NCBI GenBank assembly: GCA_965648935.1
Contig: CBFGIY010000076.1
Span: forward strand, 1-10,723
DNA from: a candidate division WOR-3 bacterium
Lineage (GTDB): Bacteria > Hydrothermota > Tepidihabitantia > Tepidihabitantales > Tepidihabitantaceae
Length of the DNA: 10,723 nucleotides
Direction of reading: 5' to 3'
The notes below the pieces were generated by a model that saw only the letters and a list, made by a program, of their open reading frames with translations, did no database searches and was not told the origin of the DNA. The translations under genes and the position numbers were made by a program. Every line of letters begins with the position of its first letter. Position 1 is the stretch's first letter. Shown here piece by piece: positions 9,434-10,723 of this stretch.

Positions 9434-9462
9434 TCAGCAAGCCTGTCGGTTCGCAATGGATT

Positions 9463-9490
9463 ATTGTAGCACGCAGGACGACGACCGCAA
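9463..9490 (-). promoter_or_regulatory. Sigma70-type promoter (extended -10) for the pseudokinase-PEGA-lipoprotein unit
   Basis: Minus strand TTGCGG (9490-9485), 16 bp, TACAAT (9468-9463) preceded by TGc, within the 69-bp gap between the TPR stop and the pseudokinase start. Confidence 0.6.
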
Positions 9491-9502
9491 GAATCGCACA
9501 GA

Positions 9503-10723
9503 CTAGTGCAGCCCACCGGGTGCAAGCACCCCTCCCTGTTCGGCCAACAGGCTTCTGGCCATCTGAGCATATGGAGAGGCCGGGAAGCTCGCGACCAGCT
9601 CCCTCAACAGATCCTGTGCGGTCTGCTGCTCGCCCAGCATCTCACGCGCTATGCTCGCCTGACGGTAAAGCGCCTTGGGCAACAACCGCTTGCCCCCGGA
9701 GCCGAACCTGTATTCGACCAGCGTGTTGACGGCCTCTCTTGGACTGCCTGCCGCGGCAAGTGCCTCTGCTGCAATCAGATAGGCGGCCTCCGAAGCGATG
9801 TCGGAACCGCCAAACAGCGACCGGGCACGGCTCACGGCAACCGGGTAGTCCCCGCAATCAAAAGCGTGCATCGCCTTGGCCAGGGAAGCGGCCCGTTCCG
9901 TGGTGTCGACCAGGATCGCGAGCTCCAGCGCATCGTTCAGCAGTTGACTGGCAGGATGTGTCTGGGCGAAACGCCGCACAGCGGCCCGCAGGGAATCCAT
10001 CTCCTGCAACTGAAAATGCACCCTGAGAAGCAACATAAGGGCTCGCTCATCCCAGACCTGCAACTGGTTCAGCCACTTCTTCGCCCGGTCAAACTGGCCC
10101 ATGCCGAACTCGGCAGCTGCCAGACCATACAGTGCGTCGGCACTGCCAGGCCGCGCCTTCAGCGCCGCCGAGTAGGCAGCGGCCGCCGCGGCATAGTCAC
10201 GCCGGCCGAGCAGATACAGGTCCCCCATCTCAAGCTTGGCCGCAGGGTTATCGATCCCGGCGAGGATTGCTGCCGCCTCGCCGTAACGGCCAAGCTTGCG
10301 CAGAACTCGTGCCTGGTCAGGCTTGGACCCCTGCAACGAGTAGACCAGAAAAGCCGCATTCAATCTGCCGGCCGCTTCCGCATCATGTGCGAACCGATAG
10401 AGAGACTGGGCGTCCGCGTTGCGAGACATGACTCGCACTGCTTCTTCGTCCCTCCCGGCACCCAGATACAGCTCCGCCTGGGCGCGAGCCCGCTCATACT
10501 GCCCGGCGATCCTGCCCGCTTCGCTCAGCAGTCGATCGAGTGCAGCCTTCTTGCTCAGTGTCGAGAGACGCGGCAGCAACGCGTTCAGTCTGGTCCGGTC
10601 GCGATTGACCAGGCCCGCTATCTCCCTTGTCGCGGAAACGGCGTCGCCGCGCCGCTCATAGAGCGAAATGAGCTGTTCGCCAAAACTCGAGTTGTCGCCC
10701 GTGGCCGCCCGAGCCCGTAGATA
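9503..10723 (-). CDS. Tetratricopeptide-repeat protein (5'-partial)
   Basis: The frame is open from the window edge (YLRARAATGDNSSFGEQLISLYERRGD...) into the track ORF, so 10579 is not the true start. Ala/Leu/Tyr-rich helical repeats (LRKLGRYGEAAAIL; YAAAAAAYSAALKARPGSADALYGLA) and a CpoB/BamD-like end (LVASFPASPYAQMAR). Stop TAG 9505-9503. Confidence 0.85.
   Translation of the reverse strand, partial: YLRARAATGDNSSFGEQLISLYERRGDAVSATREIAGLVNRDRTRLNALLPRLSTLSKKAALDRLLSEAGRIAGQYERARAQAELYLGAGRDEEAVRVMSRNADAQSLYRFAHDAEAAGRLNAAFLVYSLQGSKPDQARVLRKLGRYGEAAAILAGIDNPAAKLEMGDLYLLGRRDYAAAAAAYSAALKARPGSADALYGLAAAEFGMGQFDRAKKWLNQLQVWDERALMLLLRVHFQLQEMDSLRAAVRRFAQTHPASQLLNDALELAILVDTTERAASLAKAMHAFDCGDYPVAVSRARSLFGGSDIASEAAYLIAAEALAAAGSPREAVNTLVEYRFGSGGKRLLPKALYRQASIAREMLGEQQTAQDLLRELVASFPASPYAQMARSLLAEQGGVLAPGGLH

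Noticed and set aside
7330..9469. Plus-strand ORFs 7330-8202, 8325-9083 and 8858-9469
   Set aside because: Antisense to the PEGA and pseudokinase genes, with no motifs or initiation signals.
9506..10720. 404-aa plus-strand ORF opposite the TPR gene
   Set aside because: Antisense shadow ORF with no domain signal; the minus-strand frame has clear TPR character.

Overview
GC-rich bacterial chromosomal window with no mobile element, CRISPR array, rRNA or tRNA. Left to right: the 3' end of a cyclophilin-type PPIase (+); a perfect 14-bp hairpin; a minus-strand pair of a class I SAM-dependent methyltransferase and mtnA; a ~520-bp intergenic region with divergent promoters and unexplained repeats and hairpins; a stand-alone, divergent EF-G paralogue (+) outside the str operon; and a convergent minus-strand envelope cluster. 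The cluster encodes a TPR protein (5'-partial), a PknB-like pseudokinase lacking the whole N-lobe (TM, 2 PASTA, C-terminal zinc ribbon), a secreted zinc-ribbon/3xPEGA protein, and a lipoprotein with duplicated FN3-like and Ig-like modules and eight YVTN propeller repeats. The most unusual signals are this catalytically dead kinase module with matching extracytoplasmic zinc ribbons, an EF-G resembling the recycling-type EF-G2 group, and three promoters sharing a 16-bp spacer with apparently leaderless starts. Family calls come from motif recognition by eye, not database searches.
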